Of a DNA stretch of 64,000 nucleotides, positions 1-12,210 are shown piece by piece; the stretch's first letter is position 1; every line of letters begins with the position of its first letter. The position numbers and the translations under genes are program-made. Below the pieces are notes generated by a model. The model did no database searches and was not told the DNA's origin. It saw only the letters and a list, made by a program, of their open reading frames with translations. Source of the stretch: Eledone cirrhosa (taxonomy: Eukaryota); NCBI GenBank assembly GCA_964016885.1, contig OZ024741.1, positions 238,886,001 to 238,950,000 of the forward strand, in the 5' to 3' direction.

Positions 1-1792
1 CTTCATATCTGCTTTTACTCAGAAAGTTGTCTTCACTAGTAAATAAATAAATACAACAGTTAAAAAAAAACACTCAATACATGAGTGTAAGTGACGTCCG
101 AATGAGTATCATCCACTACTAACTAACTTACCCTGTGCCTCTGGGTCCTGGCCAACAGGATGGTGAATACATTGCTATGAAGGACTGCAAGGGAGATGTA
201 TTGGAACAACCACTCCACCTCATGGGGCTTGCACCTGCGGTTGGCCAACTCTGCTCTGATAACAGTGAATAGGGATGTGGTTCAGAGACCAAGAACAACA
301 GAGGTCTACACTGCTACAGGCTCTACCACAAACCTATCCAAGAGCAGTCAATACTTGGACAGTTTGCCCTCTTAGGCTTGGTGGGCAGCAAAACCTGGGC
401 TGGTAGCTGAATGCACCAGATTGTTACTTAAGTAGGTGTCACACTAGAATCAGTGGGGATGAAGTGTAAATAAATTTGTATACATACATATATATAGTAA
501 ATTTATATACATACATACTCATACACTGACACACACACACAAGAATATGGTCCCCAGTTTATTCTCCTGGAGGACTTTGGCTAGCTTTGGGTCTCCACCA
601 AAGTAAAATAAGAATCAAAGTGGCCATAGGTAAAAAAAGGTTGAGTACCACTTGTCTAGACAGTTCTTTCTTAACTGAATAACTGATCTGGTCCCTGTAG
701 GTGATGTGTGAAAGGATACATTTAGTTAATAAAGACCAAATCAATTATTTTATCTAAATTGACATTTTGATATCTCTGACCATAATTCTATTATTTTATT
801 AATTCTGTCAATATAATTCTAGCCTAGCCCCTAATCTTCATATGTCCATATTAATATTGTCAGATAGCCCAGCTTTTCCATATTGCAAGTCACTCATGCT
901 ACATTAAGAATAATCTTAATGGGAATATATAAGAAACTATTCCAGTTCTTTGCAAACAGATGCTCTTAAAAGCTTTTCTGTTAGAAGGTTTGATGTCCAG
1001 ATCTTATAAAAGGACATTAAGCAGCCACTACAGATGAAGAAGTATTGGTACATAACTCGCTTTATGGAGGGAATAAATGATATTTGGTTTCTTCACCAAA
1101 TTGCTAGAAAGTTCTGTTTGAGGATTTCATATATCATCATCATCATTTATCTGTTTTCTTTGCCAGCAAAGGTTGTATAGACAAGGTTGGTACTCAAGTG
1201 GGGTTACTGACCTCTCAGATTGACTGGGGGGTCTATGTCTCACATAGATACAGTTCCACACTCTCTCAAGTGCATTTTATTGTGACACCTGTGCAAGGGA
1301 ATTTGTCATGTCTTTTACACAACTAAAGGATCCTCACTAATCTTGTTTGGCAAGCAAGATTTCTACAGCTAGATGCTCTTCCTATCACCAACACTGAGGA
1401 AGTTGTCATGTCTGACACAACTGAAAGATTCTTTTAACTCTTTTTGATAGCAGGGTGCCCTTCTTATAGCTAACCACCTCACAGATGGTACAGGGTGCAT
1501 TTTCGAGGCACCAGTGCTAGAGAGGCTGTTGGTTATTGTCTTAAATTGAAAAAGAGAGGAGGGGTGGGAGGGTGATGAGTAGGAGGGAAGGGGTGACCTG
1601 ATAGTATTGGAGAAGTAATCAGAAGTGTTTTAGGATTTTTAAAGGGTGTAGGGAAGGGATGTAGTGATGGTGAGAATAACTAAGATGTGATAGTAGTGGG
1701 GGTTGTGGATGGGGTGATCGATAGTGTAGGAGATACCCCCCCCCCCTTGTGTAGTGATGGTGAGAATTCTTAAGGAGTGGTAGTGGAGGAGG

Positions 1793-1839
<47 letters not shown>

Positions 1840-1894
1840 CCTCCACTACCACTCCTTATATATATATATATAACAACAAATCATATATATATAA

Positions 1895-4800
1895 CGACAA
1901 ATTCACCTCATGCTGCTGGACAAAAGGGCAAAGCCCCCTCCTCTTTGTTTCGGCCGCGGATGGCCAACATAACCCCAACCCCATCCCCCTCACCCCTCCC
2001 TGGGCCCCATCCTCCAAACACAATCCAAAACTTCAGAGTTGGTACCATGAATGTAGGCACCTTAAAATGCCGCTCTAACGAGGTTGTAGAAATGCTTGAA
2101 CGTAAGGAGGTTGATGTTTGCTGTATCCAAGAGACCAGGTGGAGGGGTGGGTCTGCTATATTCATTGTGGGTGAAAAACGTTGCTATAAGCTTTTCTGGG
2201 TGGGAAATGACAATGGGATAGGTGGGGTAGGAATCATGTTAGCAGAAAAATGGGTGGATAAGATAATAGATGTAAATAGAGTAAATGACAGAATAATTAA
2301 AATAAGACTTGTTCTAAATAGAACTACTGTGACAGTAATATCTGCATACACACCCCAATCCGGACTTCCTGGCGCTATAAAAGACAGATTCTATGAGACA
2401 CTGATGCTCACTACCTCCCAAATAACCGACAGTGACTATATAATTATTGCTGGCGACCTAAATGGCCACGTTGGACAACATTGTGACGGCTATGATGGAA
2501 TCCACAGAGGCTATGGGTTTGGTACTAGAAACAAAGAAGGCTCCAGAATCCTGGAATTCTGTGATGCAAATAACCTAACTATCTGTAACACAAACTTCAA
2601 AAAACGTTTGATAAGAAGGTAGCTTGGAAGTGTCACTACGAAAGGCTACTAAATGAGGAGAATAAATGGGAGAAAGACAGTCTCCCCCACATCGACCCAA
2701 TAGAGGGACCAGCAGTGTTAGTCGAAGGTAGTATAATAAGTAAGTCAATCAAAGATATGAAGACGGGTAAGGCGGCTGGGCCTTCGGAAATAGTTGCTGA
2801 GATGCAGAAAGCCTCTGGAACGGTGGGACACACCATGGTCACCCAGATAGTAAACCAAGTCATACAGAATGGGGTTGTCCTGAAGGACTGGCGTAGCAGC
2901 ATCATCGTTAACTGCTACAAGGGTAAAGGAGACGCCCTAGATAGGAATAACTATAGAGGCATTAAATTAATCGACCAGGTCATGAAGGTCACGGAAAAAG
3001 TAATAGCGCAACTAATCAGAGAGAGAATTGGTCTAGATGAAATGCAGTTCGGGTTTGTGTCAGGCAAAAGTACCACAGACGCTCTTTTCATTGTACGACA
3101 ACTACAGGAGAAGTACCTAGCTAAAAGTAAACCCCTATACTTAGCTTTTGTCGACTTGGAGAAAGCCTTCGACAGAGTTCCCCGTTCCATTATCTGGTGG
3201 GCTCTTAGAAAACTAGGTGTTGATGAATGGCTTGTGAGAGCTATACAAGCCATGTATAAAGAAACAGTCAGCAAGGTTAGAATTAACGAATATAGTGAAG
3301 AGTTTAGCGTAAAAGTTGGTGTTCATCAGGGCTCTGTTCTTAGCCCCCTACTATTTATTATTGCCCTTCAGGCTATAACAGTGGAGTTCAAGACCGGCTG
3401 CCCATGGGAACTCCTATACGCAGATGATCTAACGCTCATAGCTGAAGCAATGGCCGAGCTAGAGAACAAATTCCAAACATGGAAGCACGGCCTAGAATCA
3501 AAAGGCCTTAAAATTAACCTGGCTAAGACTAAAGTTCTAGTTTGTAGGAAAGAAAATAAGGTGCTAGTCCCTTCCGGGAAATGCTCAGTGTGTAGGAAAG
3601 GCGTAGGTAGAAACTCCATTTTATGTCCCAAATGCAAAATATGGGTGCATAAAAGATGTAGTGGGATCACAGGTAAGCTAACTAAGAACAGATTTTACAT
3701 GTGGCCAGTGCTCTGGTGCAATAAGTAGCAGCAAGTGCCCACAAAATACTAGCTCTTTCAATTGCGCAGAGGGTTCTATAGAAATAGTGGACAGCTTCCG
3801 TTATCTGGGTGACAAAATCAGCAGTGAGGGAGGGTGCTCTGAAAGTACAATAGCTAGAGTCAGAACTGGATGGAAAAAGTTCAGAGAGCTTATACTACTA
3901 TTAGCCGCTAAAGGGTTCTCCCTAAAAATGAAAGGCAGGTTGTATGATGCCTGCATACGAACAGCAATGTTGCATGGGAGTGAGACCTGGGCATTGTGTG
4001 CAGAGGATATACGCAGACTAGAGAGGAACGAAGCTTGCATGCTCCGCTGGATGTGTAATAGTAATATACGTGAACGGCAAAGCATAAACGAACTAAGGGA
4101 AAAATTAGAAATAAGAGGAATCAGATGTTGTTTACTCGAGAGAAGGCTACGTTGGTATGGTCACGTGATGTGCATGAAAGACGACAGCTGTATAAAAAAG
4201 TGCAGGGCAATAAAGATAGACGGTAGCCACGGAGTAGGCAGACCCAGAAAAACCTGGGATGACCTGATAAATTCCGACCTCACACACTTATACCTCTCCA
4301 AGACAATGTTACTGGACCGAGATCTTTGGCGGTACTCAGTAATAGAGAAGACCCGCCTTACCTAAATACAAAGTAAAACCTACTACAGTCAGTAGGCATC
4401 TCTAACAAAATACACCCCCGTCCCACCACCCCCGTCCCATCCACACCGCCCCCTTCAATGTAAAGTTATGTTGGTGCCACAACATCCAGGCCGAAACAAA
4501 TGAGATCGTGTAGGTGTCACGACAAAAAACACACAGTTCACGCTGTAATGTGGCCGTGTAGGCAACACGGTAAAAACCTCCCAGACCCACACTGTAAATG
4601 TGGTTGGTGTTAGGGAGGGCATCCAGCTGTAGAAAACCCGCCAGACAGTCCACGCTGTAATGTGGCCGTGTAGGCAACACGGTAAAAACCTCCCAGCCCC
4701 ACACTGTAAATGTGGTTGGTGTTAGGAAGGGCATCCAGCTGTAGAAAACCCGCCAGACAGTCCACGCTGTAATGTGGCCGTGTAGGCAACACGGTAAAAA

Positions 4801-4985
4801 CCTCCCAGCCCCACACTGTAAATGTGGTTGGTGTTAGGAAGGGCATCCAACTGTAGAAAACCCGCCAGACAGTCCTATGCGAGCAAGACAACCACTCTTG
4901 CCTCAAGTGGGAAAACTCCCGTCCAAACCCATGCCAGCGTGGAACATGGACGTTAAACGATGATGATGATGATGATGATGATGAT
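1895..4985 (+). mobile_element. RTE-clade LINE (family A), near-complete but disrupted: APE endonuclease, RT, PHD-like finger, 3'UTR, (GAT)n tail
   Basis: APE motifs in 1777..2622 (GTMNVGTL, CIQETRW, AGDLNGHVG). RT motifs in 2715..3728 (YLAFVDLEKAFD, GVHQGSVLSPLLF, LLYADDL). RTE C-terminus in 3787..4365 (RRLRWYGHV, GRPRKTW). There is an internal deletion after APE and frameshifts. Confidence 0.93.
4539..4874 (+). repeat. Three tandem 112-bp units in the LINE 3'UTR
   Basis: The unit start cacgctgtaatgtggccgtgtagg occurs at about 4539, 4651 and 4763. Confidence 0.9.
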
Positions 4986-4993
4986 ATATATAG

Positions 4994-5690
4994 GGCGGGT
5001 AAAATTCCCGAAATCCATGGACGAGTTCTCTCCAGTGGGCTCTGTCCCTCATTATCGCTGCCATGTCCTGTGTCTCCAAGAGACCAGTGTCTGTCCTTAA
5101 GGTATCAACATATGTTAACCTCGGTCTTCCTCTTCCAGTCTGTTCACGCAGGGGCTCCCACAGGAGCACTGAGTGCAGTGTCAACTCTGGATGCTGGTCA
5201 GCATGTCCAGTTAACCTCAGTCTCCTCTGTGTCAATGAGTGTGGGGATGAGAATGAATGAGATTAAGACGAAATATCTGGTAGAGAATATTAAGAAGCCA
5301 GAGAAGATTACTAATGTAGGCGGGAAGCCGCTAGAATTGGTTGAGGACTTCCTGTATTTGAAAGCAAAGATTAGGAATATGGAAGATGATCTAGTCGAGA
5401 GGAAGAGCAAAGCCTGGGTGGCGTGCCACAGCTTGAGATCGGTGTGGAAGTCGGACCTTCGTAAAGACCTGAAGATCCGCCTCTTCATTGCTGTAGTGGA
5501 GTCTGTGCTGCTGTACGGTTCTGAGACTTCGACACTGACCAAGAAACTCACTCAGATGGTGGATGGGTGCTACACGAGAATGCTGAGGATGGCTCTGAAC
5601 ATTAATCAGTATACACTGAGGATGAAGAACTCAGAGCTCTACGGGGAGCCTCCCAAAAGTCAGCTCAAAAGTGATATAGGCAGTATTAGG
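4994..5690. mobile_element. 5'-truncated RTE-type LINE of another family with an internal inversion
   Basis: Minus 4994..5235 encodes RRLRLTGH...GRGRPRLTYVD. Plus 5235..5690 encodes the immediately preceding region (EDFLYL...LLYGSET...ELYG). Confidence 0.85.
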
Positions 5691-6254
5691 CTGCGCTTTC
5701 TAGCAACCAGCCTACTCGCTGTATGGCACCAATCACATTCTTTCTGACTTGACCACTGCCACGTCACAGTTCTTAGACATTTTGAATTCGTTTCTGGCGG
5801 GGATCATTTAAGAAAAATCTTTGTCCAAGTGAGTTTGTTTCTTGATGATTTCGAAACTCGTGAATTTACCCTTGATCGGATATTTCCAAAAAGCGAAAGC
5901 AACCTCATGGAGTAGAAACATAATTTTGGTATGTTTATATACATTTTTTCTTCTAACTTTGATTTTATACCTAATTGTGTATGGTTGACGATATATTTAA
6001 TCAATTTCCACGTGCTATTAGAAATGGTGGGTAAATATTCTATAGCTGTTGATCGTGGATAGATAGCTGTCGTTTATTTATCTATTATTTCTTCATAGGT
6101 GCCTTTTAATCTTATAACCTTGTTTAATTGTTTTTTTGTGTGGTTGATTATGCTGATTGGGAGAGGAAATAATGTATATATTTTATCAAATGATTCTATG
6201 GACATACTTTATTGTATATATATATATATATATACAGATTACAGTCCTACATAT

Positions 6255-6515
6255 CATCATCATTTCATCATCATCATTTCATTTTACGTCCGCTTTTCCC
6301 TGCTTGCAAGGGTGGGACGGGAACTGATTATGGCTTGATTTCTACAGCTGGATGCCCTTCCTAACACCAACCTCATTTACAGTGAGTGCTGGGTGCTTTT
6401 TTGCCGTGGCACCTCCACGACCACTTTGCAGTGGAATGATATGGACCCCAGTCCCTATCATCTCATTTCTACAGCTGAGTAAACTGGAGCAATGTGAAAT
6501 AAAGTGTCTTGCTCA
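6255..6515 (-). mobile_element. SINE family B, 5'-truncated
   Basis: Near-identical to 46845..47095, with a (CAT)n tail. Confidence 0.8.
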
Positions 6516-6594
6516 ATATATATACATACATGTGTATGTGTGTGTGTGTTTATATGTATGTATAAATATGTGTTGGTGGGCCTATATATATTTA

Positions 6595-6718
6595 TAATTG
6601 TTTCTACTTTTGGCACAAGGCCAGCAATTACACAGTGCATTACTGGTACTTTATTTTATCGACCCCGTAAGGATGAAAGGCAAAGTTAACCTCGGCGGGA
6701 TTTGAACTCAGACCATAA
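6595..6718 (-). mobile_element. SINE family A, partial
   Basis: Reverse complement of the 27100..27219 core. Confidence 0.8.
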
Positions 6719-6868
6719 ATTTATAATGCATGCCTAACAACTGGGTCTGTTTGTATATGTCATGTAACTGTCATCAACCTTTTATAGACAAACATACACA
6801 CACACACACTGATATCTATTTATTTATCTATCTATCTATCTCTCTCTCTCTCTCTTTCTCTCTCTCTG

Positions 6869-6905
<37 letters not shown>

Positions 6906-6935
6906 AGATCAAAAGATGGTTAAAGGAGTTCCATG

Positions 6936-7006
6936 TATTTTATTATGCGCATTTCAAAAACAAACATCATCATGCAATAATATTTGTGTTTTCATCAGAT
7001 AAAACA
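6936..7006 (-). ncRNA. Type I hammerhead ribozyme motif (mirror copy)
   Basis: Same core in the left arm of the palindrome; stem I tgttttat/ataaaata. Confidence 0.75.
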
Positions 7007-7123
7007 GGAGAACATGATATGAAGGCTAAACAACACTTGTGGATAGTGCAGTTTTAAATCAAGATATGTTGATTTAAAACTGCACTATCCACAAGTGTTT
7101 TTAACCTTCATATCATGTTCTCC

Positions 7124-7194
7124 TGTTTTATCTGATGAAAACACAAATATTATTGCATGATGATGTTTGTTTTTGAAATGCGCATAATGAAATA
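7124..7194 (+). ncRNA. Type I hammerhead ribozyme motif
   Basis: Stem I tgttttat/atgaaata, CUGAUGA at 7132, long stem II, GAAA at 7175, palindromic stem III AUGCGCAU, AUA cleavage triplet. Confidence 0.75.
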
Positions 7195-7544
7195 CATGGA
7201 ACTCCTTTAACCATCTTTTGATCTTATATATTATGTATACTCCAGTCCTACAAACTGTAGAGTGCTTCTTATCCGATATCTGCATTGCTTTATTGTACTA
7301 CAATAAAACTCACCTCCTACATATATATATATATATATATATACATATATACATACGGGGAGAGAGAGAAAGGAAAGAACATTGGCTTCTGACATGAATG
7401 AAATCACTTTAGAACATTACCCCCTACACACACACCTCCCTCCTATTTGTCTTATTTTTGTGTTTCATGAATTCTGAATAAAAGTTTTAGAAGGGAGTAG
7501 GGAGTTGTATCAGATGAAAGAATGGTATTTAACTAATGTATTGG

Positions 7545-7862
7545 TACGCGATGGGGCCCACCCACAGCCCCGGCGGACAGAATGGTGAAGGCGTTTCCTT
7601 TCCCCGGAGGACGGTGAGGGAGACGCGCAGGAAAAGCCACTCCAACTCGCGGGGCTCACACCTGCGGCTGGCCAACTCAGCGCCTATGGTGGTGAGTAAG
7701 GAGGTAGCCCTGGGGCCGAGGACACCAGAAGTTTCCACTGCCAGGGGAACGACCGCAAACCTGTCGGAGAGCGACCGGTATTTGAGGAGTTTGACCCCCT
7801 CAGCCCGACGTGCAGCAGAACCTGGGTCAGTCGCAGACTGCACCAGGCTGCGTGTGAGATTG
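7545..7862 (-). mobile_element. Fragment of an RLE-bearing (CRE-like) non-LTR retrotransposon, C-terminal endonuclease region
   Basis: GC-rich island translating as AARRAEGVKLLKY...FAVVPLAVETSGVLGPRA...LRVSLTVLRG, which resembles the AE..K..KY / P.A.ET.G / QRGNA signature. Confidence 0.65.
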
Positions 7863-7944
7863 AAGCCTTTGTGTGTGGACAGATAGACACAAAATGCAAA
7901 ACAGTTATGATATACACTACCACTATATCTTCTTTATTTCCCTC

Positions 7945-8115
7945 CTCCTACTACTGCTATCACCACCACCACTACCACTATTACTACTACTGCTGCTGCT
8001 GCTTCTACTAATGCTGCTACTACTAGTGCTGCTGCTACTACTACTATTAATACAACAACTACTGCTACTGCCACCACTGTTGTTACCTCTACCACCACTA
8101 CTACTACTATCACCA
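7945..8115. repeat. Compound (CTA/CTG/CCA)n microsatellite
   Basis: Direct inspection. Confidence 0.9.
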
Positions 8116-9132
8116 CAATGAACAATATTCTATATCTTACTTATGTACTGAAATTCTTCTTGTTGGAAGGGTCATTGAGGAAGAGTCCTCAGACACACCT
8201 TCCAAAGGATCATATCAGAAGCAATCATCTCCATGGGAGACTAATCGTGGTCATGGATGTTATCCAACTATCTTGCTCCTAGCCTATTTCTAGGACTCCT
8301 GTCAGTTGACTTTGCCAATAAAATCTGTCCAGTGATTCTTTCCTTAGACATTCTAACCGCATGTCCATAATATCAGATCTCTTGATTCAAAGAAGTAGTA
8401 GATCTGCCTGGAGCAACACCCTGATCTCTGAGCTATGCACCATATCAAGTAACATTATTCCACAATTAGCTAAGTTAATTAACTAGAAAGTGTTCTAGAT
8501 CTGATCATAATAATCAGTCAAGTAACAGGAATAATTCTTGACAGCATTATAATACCATTTTTAGAAAAATAATTTTTCTAATATAGTGTATCTCTTTTGC
8601 AGAAAAGGAGAAAAAACATCTACACATCTTTACAATATATAGATATATTTTAAAACATTTTATTGGTAAACGTTTTTTAGTTAGAACATTTTATTGAGTA
8701 AAACATTAAGAAATAAAGTTCACATATTTTCGATGAATAAATATAAGTATAGTACAGAAATTAAGCTATAGTTCATATTGTCATGAATTTAAAGCTCAGA
8801 TATTGTGTTGTTCTCTTTGGTAATTATATAAGTTTGCTTAGCTCAATGTGGCTTCAACAAGAATGTATGGAAATTGGGTGTAAAGCAATAAAATCAAATA
8901 CAAGATAAAATGATTTTTTTTTCCATTTTCTGTAATTGAAGACTAAAGTTAAAGACTGTGTCTACATTTCTGTAATCAATACAAAACAAAAGTAAATTGT
9001 TAATTAGTTGCAGGTGTTTGAATGTTTTCTGTTAGGTGTTTATATTGATTTGAGGCTCTTTGATTATATATATATATATATATATACATACTTTATTTTT
9101 TAAATTGAAATTGGCAGCATGACTCTCCCAAA

Positions 9133-9166
<34 letters not shown>

Positions 9167-10289
9167 TCATCATCATCATCATTTTATGTCTGCTTTTCCC
9201 TGCTTGCAAGGGACCTATTTAGCACATTTACTATCAAGTACAACTCACTCTCTTCAAGTACTGGTACCAAGGTGGTCATACTGGTGCTGTGACAGAAAGC
9301 TCCCTGTTCAATGTTGTTGGTGTTAGGAAGGGTATCCAGCTATAAAAAACCCAAACCAAAAATGGATTGAATGAGCAGGATGTGGCCACCTGACCTGTCT
9401 AATCTTGTAACATGACAGCCCATTTAATCCATGGAAGCACAGAAAATAGACGTTAATGGTGATGATGATGATGATCACACCAAAGAGAGCTTTGTAGTTG
9501 AAGATAGATTCAATCCATGCGAATACATGTCTAAAACTTAGATACATTAACAACAAAACTGGAGATAATTACATTTAGCCTCCTAAAAATACCAGCCAAA
9601 TCTTCTTTAAATCACATCCTATCATTTTAAACAAGGACAAGAAACATTAAATTATGTAGTTCTACACACCCCTAGAATGCCTTTGATAATGAGATCTGCT
9701 GGATTAATGCTGACCTTAGACTTAAATAATAACTACAACACCATCTCTAAATCCTTGTATTTTCAATCTCACATGAGCAAATACAAAATGCATCTGCTTT
9801 CCAAAATGACTGAAAATATTCTACTTGCTATCTCTTTAATTAAATTCTAAGGAACAACAGTTGGTTCATACTGAACTCATTATGTTAAAACTTTGCACCA
9901 GGCAAAACAAGAATCACAAGCTATTAAAAAAATGGCTTCTCAAAAATACTAAATATAATCTAGAAGTTGTTTAACATATTTTTTTACACTTGTATTTAGA
10001 ATATCTTTTTGTTTCATTTGAAATACATTTATCTTCTTTTGTGCACCAACTCACAAAGTGTCCTTGTCTCAACACATACACACTTACGGATATTTACAGA
10101 TACGCATAAATGTACTAACTTTGCCTTTCATCCTTGCAGGGTTGATAAAATAAAGTACCAGTAATGCACTGATATAATTGCTGGCCTTCCTTGTGCCTAT
10201 AGTAGAATTCATTATTTCACTGCTATTTTTCATTGTAAATCAATTTCCCCTATTATGTAAGGTTCATTTGTAATTTATTGATTTATAAT

Positions 10290-10910
10290 AGTCTCCAGCT
10301 ATCTATTTAAAGCTGTATATAGCTATGGTGCGGCCATACTTAGAATTTGCATCACCAGTCTGGAACCCCTATCTTGCTCAGAACATTGACCTCCTGGAAA
10401 CTGTTCAGAGACGTGCAACCAAGCGAATACCCTCCATCAGGCATCTACCATACTCTCAACGCCTTGCTTCCCTGGGCATGGATACATTGAAGCTCCGACG
10501 CCTGGCAACTGACTTGGTAAACACCCACAAAATTATTAACCATCTTGCCAACAACAACCCTGAGCACCTTTTTGATTTCCATGGTCTAACACACGTGGGC
10601 ATGCCTACAAAGTCAGAAAACAGCACAGCTTCCATGATTTTCAGAAACATTTTTTCACACTCAGAGTTGCTGAAGCATGGAACAAATTACCTGCATCAGT
10701 TATTAGCTGTCGAGACACTGCATCCTTTAAAACCTCCATGCTTCCTGAGATTCGCCAACACTACACCTAATACTCCCCCTCCATACACATGCATACATGT
10801 ATATCATGACTCATACACTATTCACTTCCCTGACATTTGTATATTATTCTATGTACTATACATGCACCTTTGACGAGTTGTAGTGCACCTGAGCACTGTA
10901 CACAATAATT

Positions 10911-10942
<32 letters not shown>
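10290..10942 (+). mobile_element. CR1-group LINE 3' fragment with (ATT)n tail
   Basis: LYIAMVRPYLEFASPVWNPY...LETVQRRATK...YSQRL...LRRL, followed by a 3'UTR and (ATT)n. Confidence 0.88.
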
Positions 10943-10943
<1 letters not shown>

Positions 10944-11237
10944 GAAGGGCCTAGAGGATTGCATAGTTTGGGCCCTTCTAATGATAGTGATAATAATGGT
11001 AATTATGGTTTCTTTATTGGCCTTCATGTTAGCCCTTGTGGCCAATAAAGAGACCATTATTGTTAATATTGTTATTATTATTGGAAGGGCCTAAACTATG
11101 TAATCCTTTAGAAAATTATTCATGTTATTATTCCTAGTTATAAAAACTTATGGTTCTGTTTTGTGAATGAGACACTAAGTATATATAGTGACAAACAAAT
11201 TTTATCACTTTCTTATCTGAAATAACCATATTTTCTT

Positions 11238-11481
11238 TCAACCTTTTAATAACCCACCAAAACCCACCTCTGTTTCTATAAAAAGAAAATCTACCCATTT
11301 CAAAAGGTTCCTATTTAAATTTATATCTTCCAAAATAATTTGAACACAGAAGCTTTTGTTGTGTTACAAATTTCATATTAATAATGAAATAATTGATAAT
11401 TTAAGTAAATCCCTGCAAATTCTTAATTAATTAATGGAAATTCAGTGTATTTCATTAGATACATGGTTACAGAAGGGTTAA
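11238..11481. mobile_element. Degenerate TTAA-type MITE
   Basis: Ends resemble TTAACCCTT...AAGGGTTAA; similar to 52927..53146. Confidence 0.5.
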
Positions 11482-12144
11482 AGTTCTAGAACTAATCTAT
11501 AAAGATTGCTCACATCTTTGGAATTGATAACCTTCAGTGTGAATTACACTTTTACCAATCAGGAACATTACATTATAAGGCCTAAGAGACTGTTCAGAAG
11601 ACAATACCAATAAAATCTTATTAGATATACATACGTGATGGTATCCTATTTTTCTACTGTAGATTATATTAATCCATGAAAGGAGATAATAAATATACAT
11701 ATTTTCATCTTACATTTTCATAATTGTCCCCGTCCTAAATGATTCTCATCTCACTGATTTTCATTTCCACCATAATTTTCTAAACATATTGTAGTTGTCA
11801 CTTTAATTATTTACACTTTGTTACAGTAAATAATCTCAACAGAAAAATAGCATAAACTTTAAAATCAAAAGAATTTGAAAGTGAAACTCAACAAATTCCC
11901 AAAACATTTTATAGTAATTGTTGTATCTTTATCTATGAAAAGAAAAAAAAGAAAAGAAACCAGTCAATTTTAACTTGATACAGACTGACATTAGTATCAT
12001 ATGTAATTTTATAATTGTTGCAACTGATATATATAATAAATGTTGGCTACTAAATAAGAATTCCTTTCATTCATACTAAACAACATGTCATTATAAATTC
12101 CTTAAGATATCTCTGGATTCATCATCTGAAAATATTATATATAT

Positions 12145-12210
<66 letters not shown>

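Larger units (their letters stand above)
6901..7229. repeat. Near-perfect palindrome with ~160-bp arms (fold-back end of a probable Penelope-like element, extending to ~7320)
   Basis: The arms are reverse complements with few mismatches; loop at 7063..7068; flanked by (TA)n. Confidence 0.93.

Noticed and set aside
120-460. Possible downstream protocadherin exon ending at a minus-strand GTAAGT near 131
   Set aside because: No recognisable reading frame or clear acceptor, and it shares ccactccac.tcatggggct with ~18019..18037, suggesting an old repeat.
1777-4365. Active autonomous LINE
   Set aside because: The linker between APE and RT is deleted and there are frameshifts near 2620 and 3580-3700, so it is not intact.
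5835-5875. TTGATGA-tttc-GAAA minimal hammerhead (and a similar relic near 25497..25550)
   Set aside because: The core is mutated and no convincing stem I/III pairing was found.
7873-8125. Poly-Leu / poly-Val ORFs resembling signal or TM peptides
   Set aside because: Trinucleotide microsatellite.
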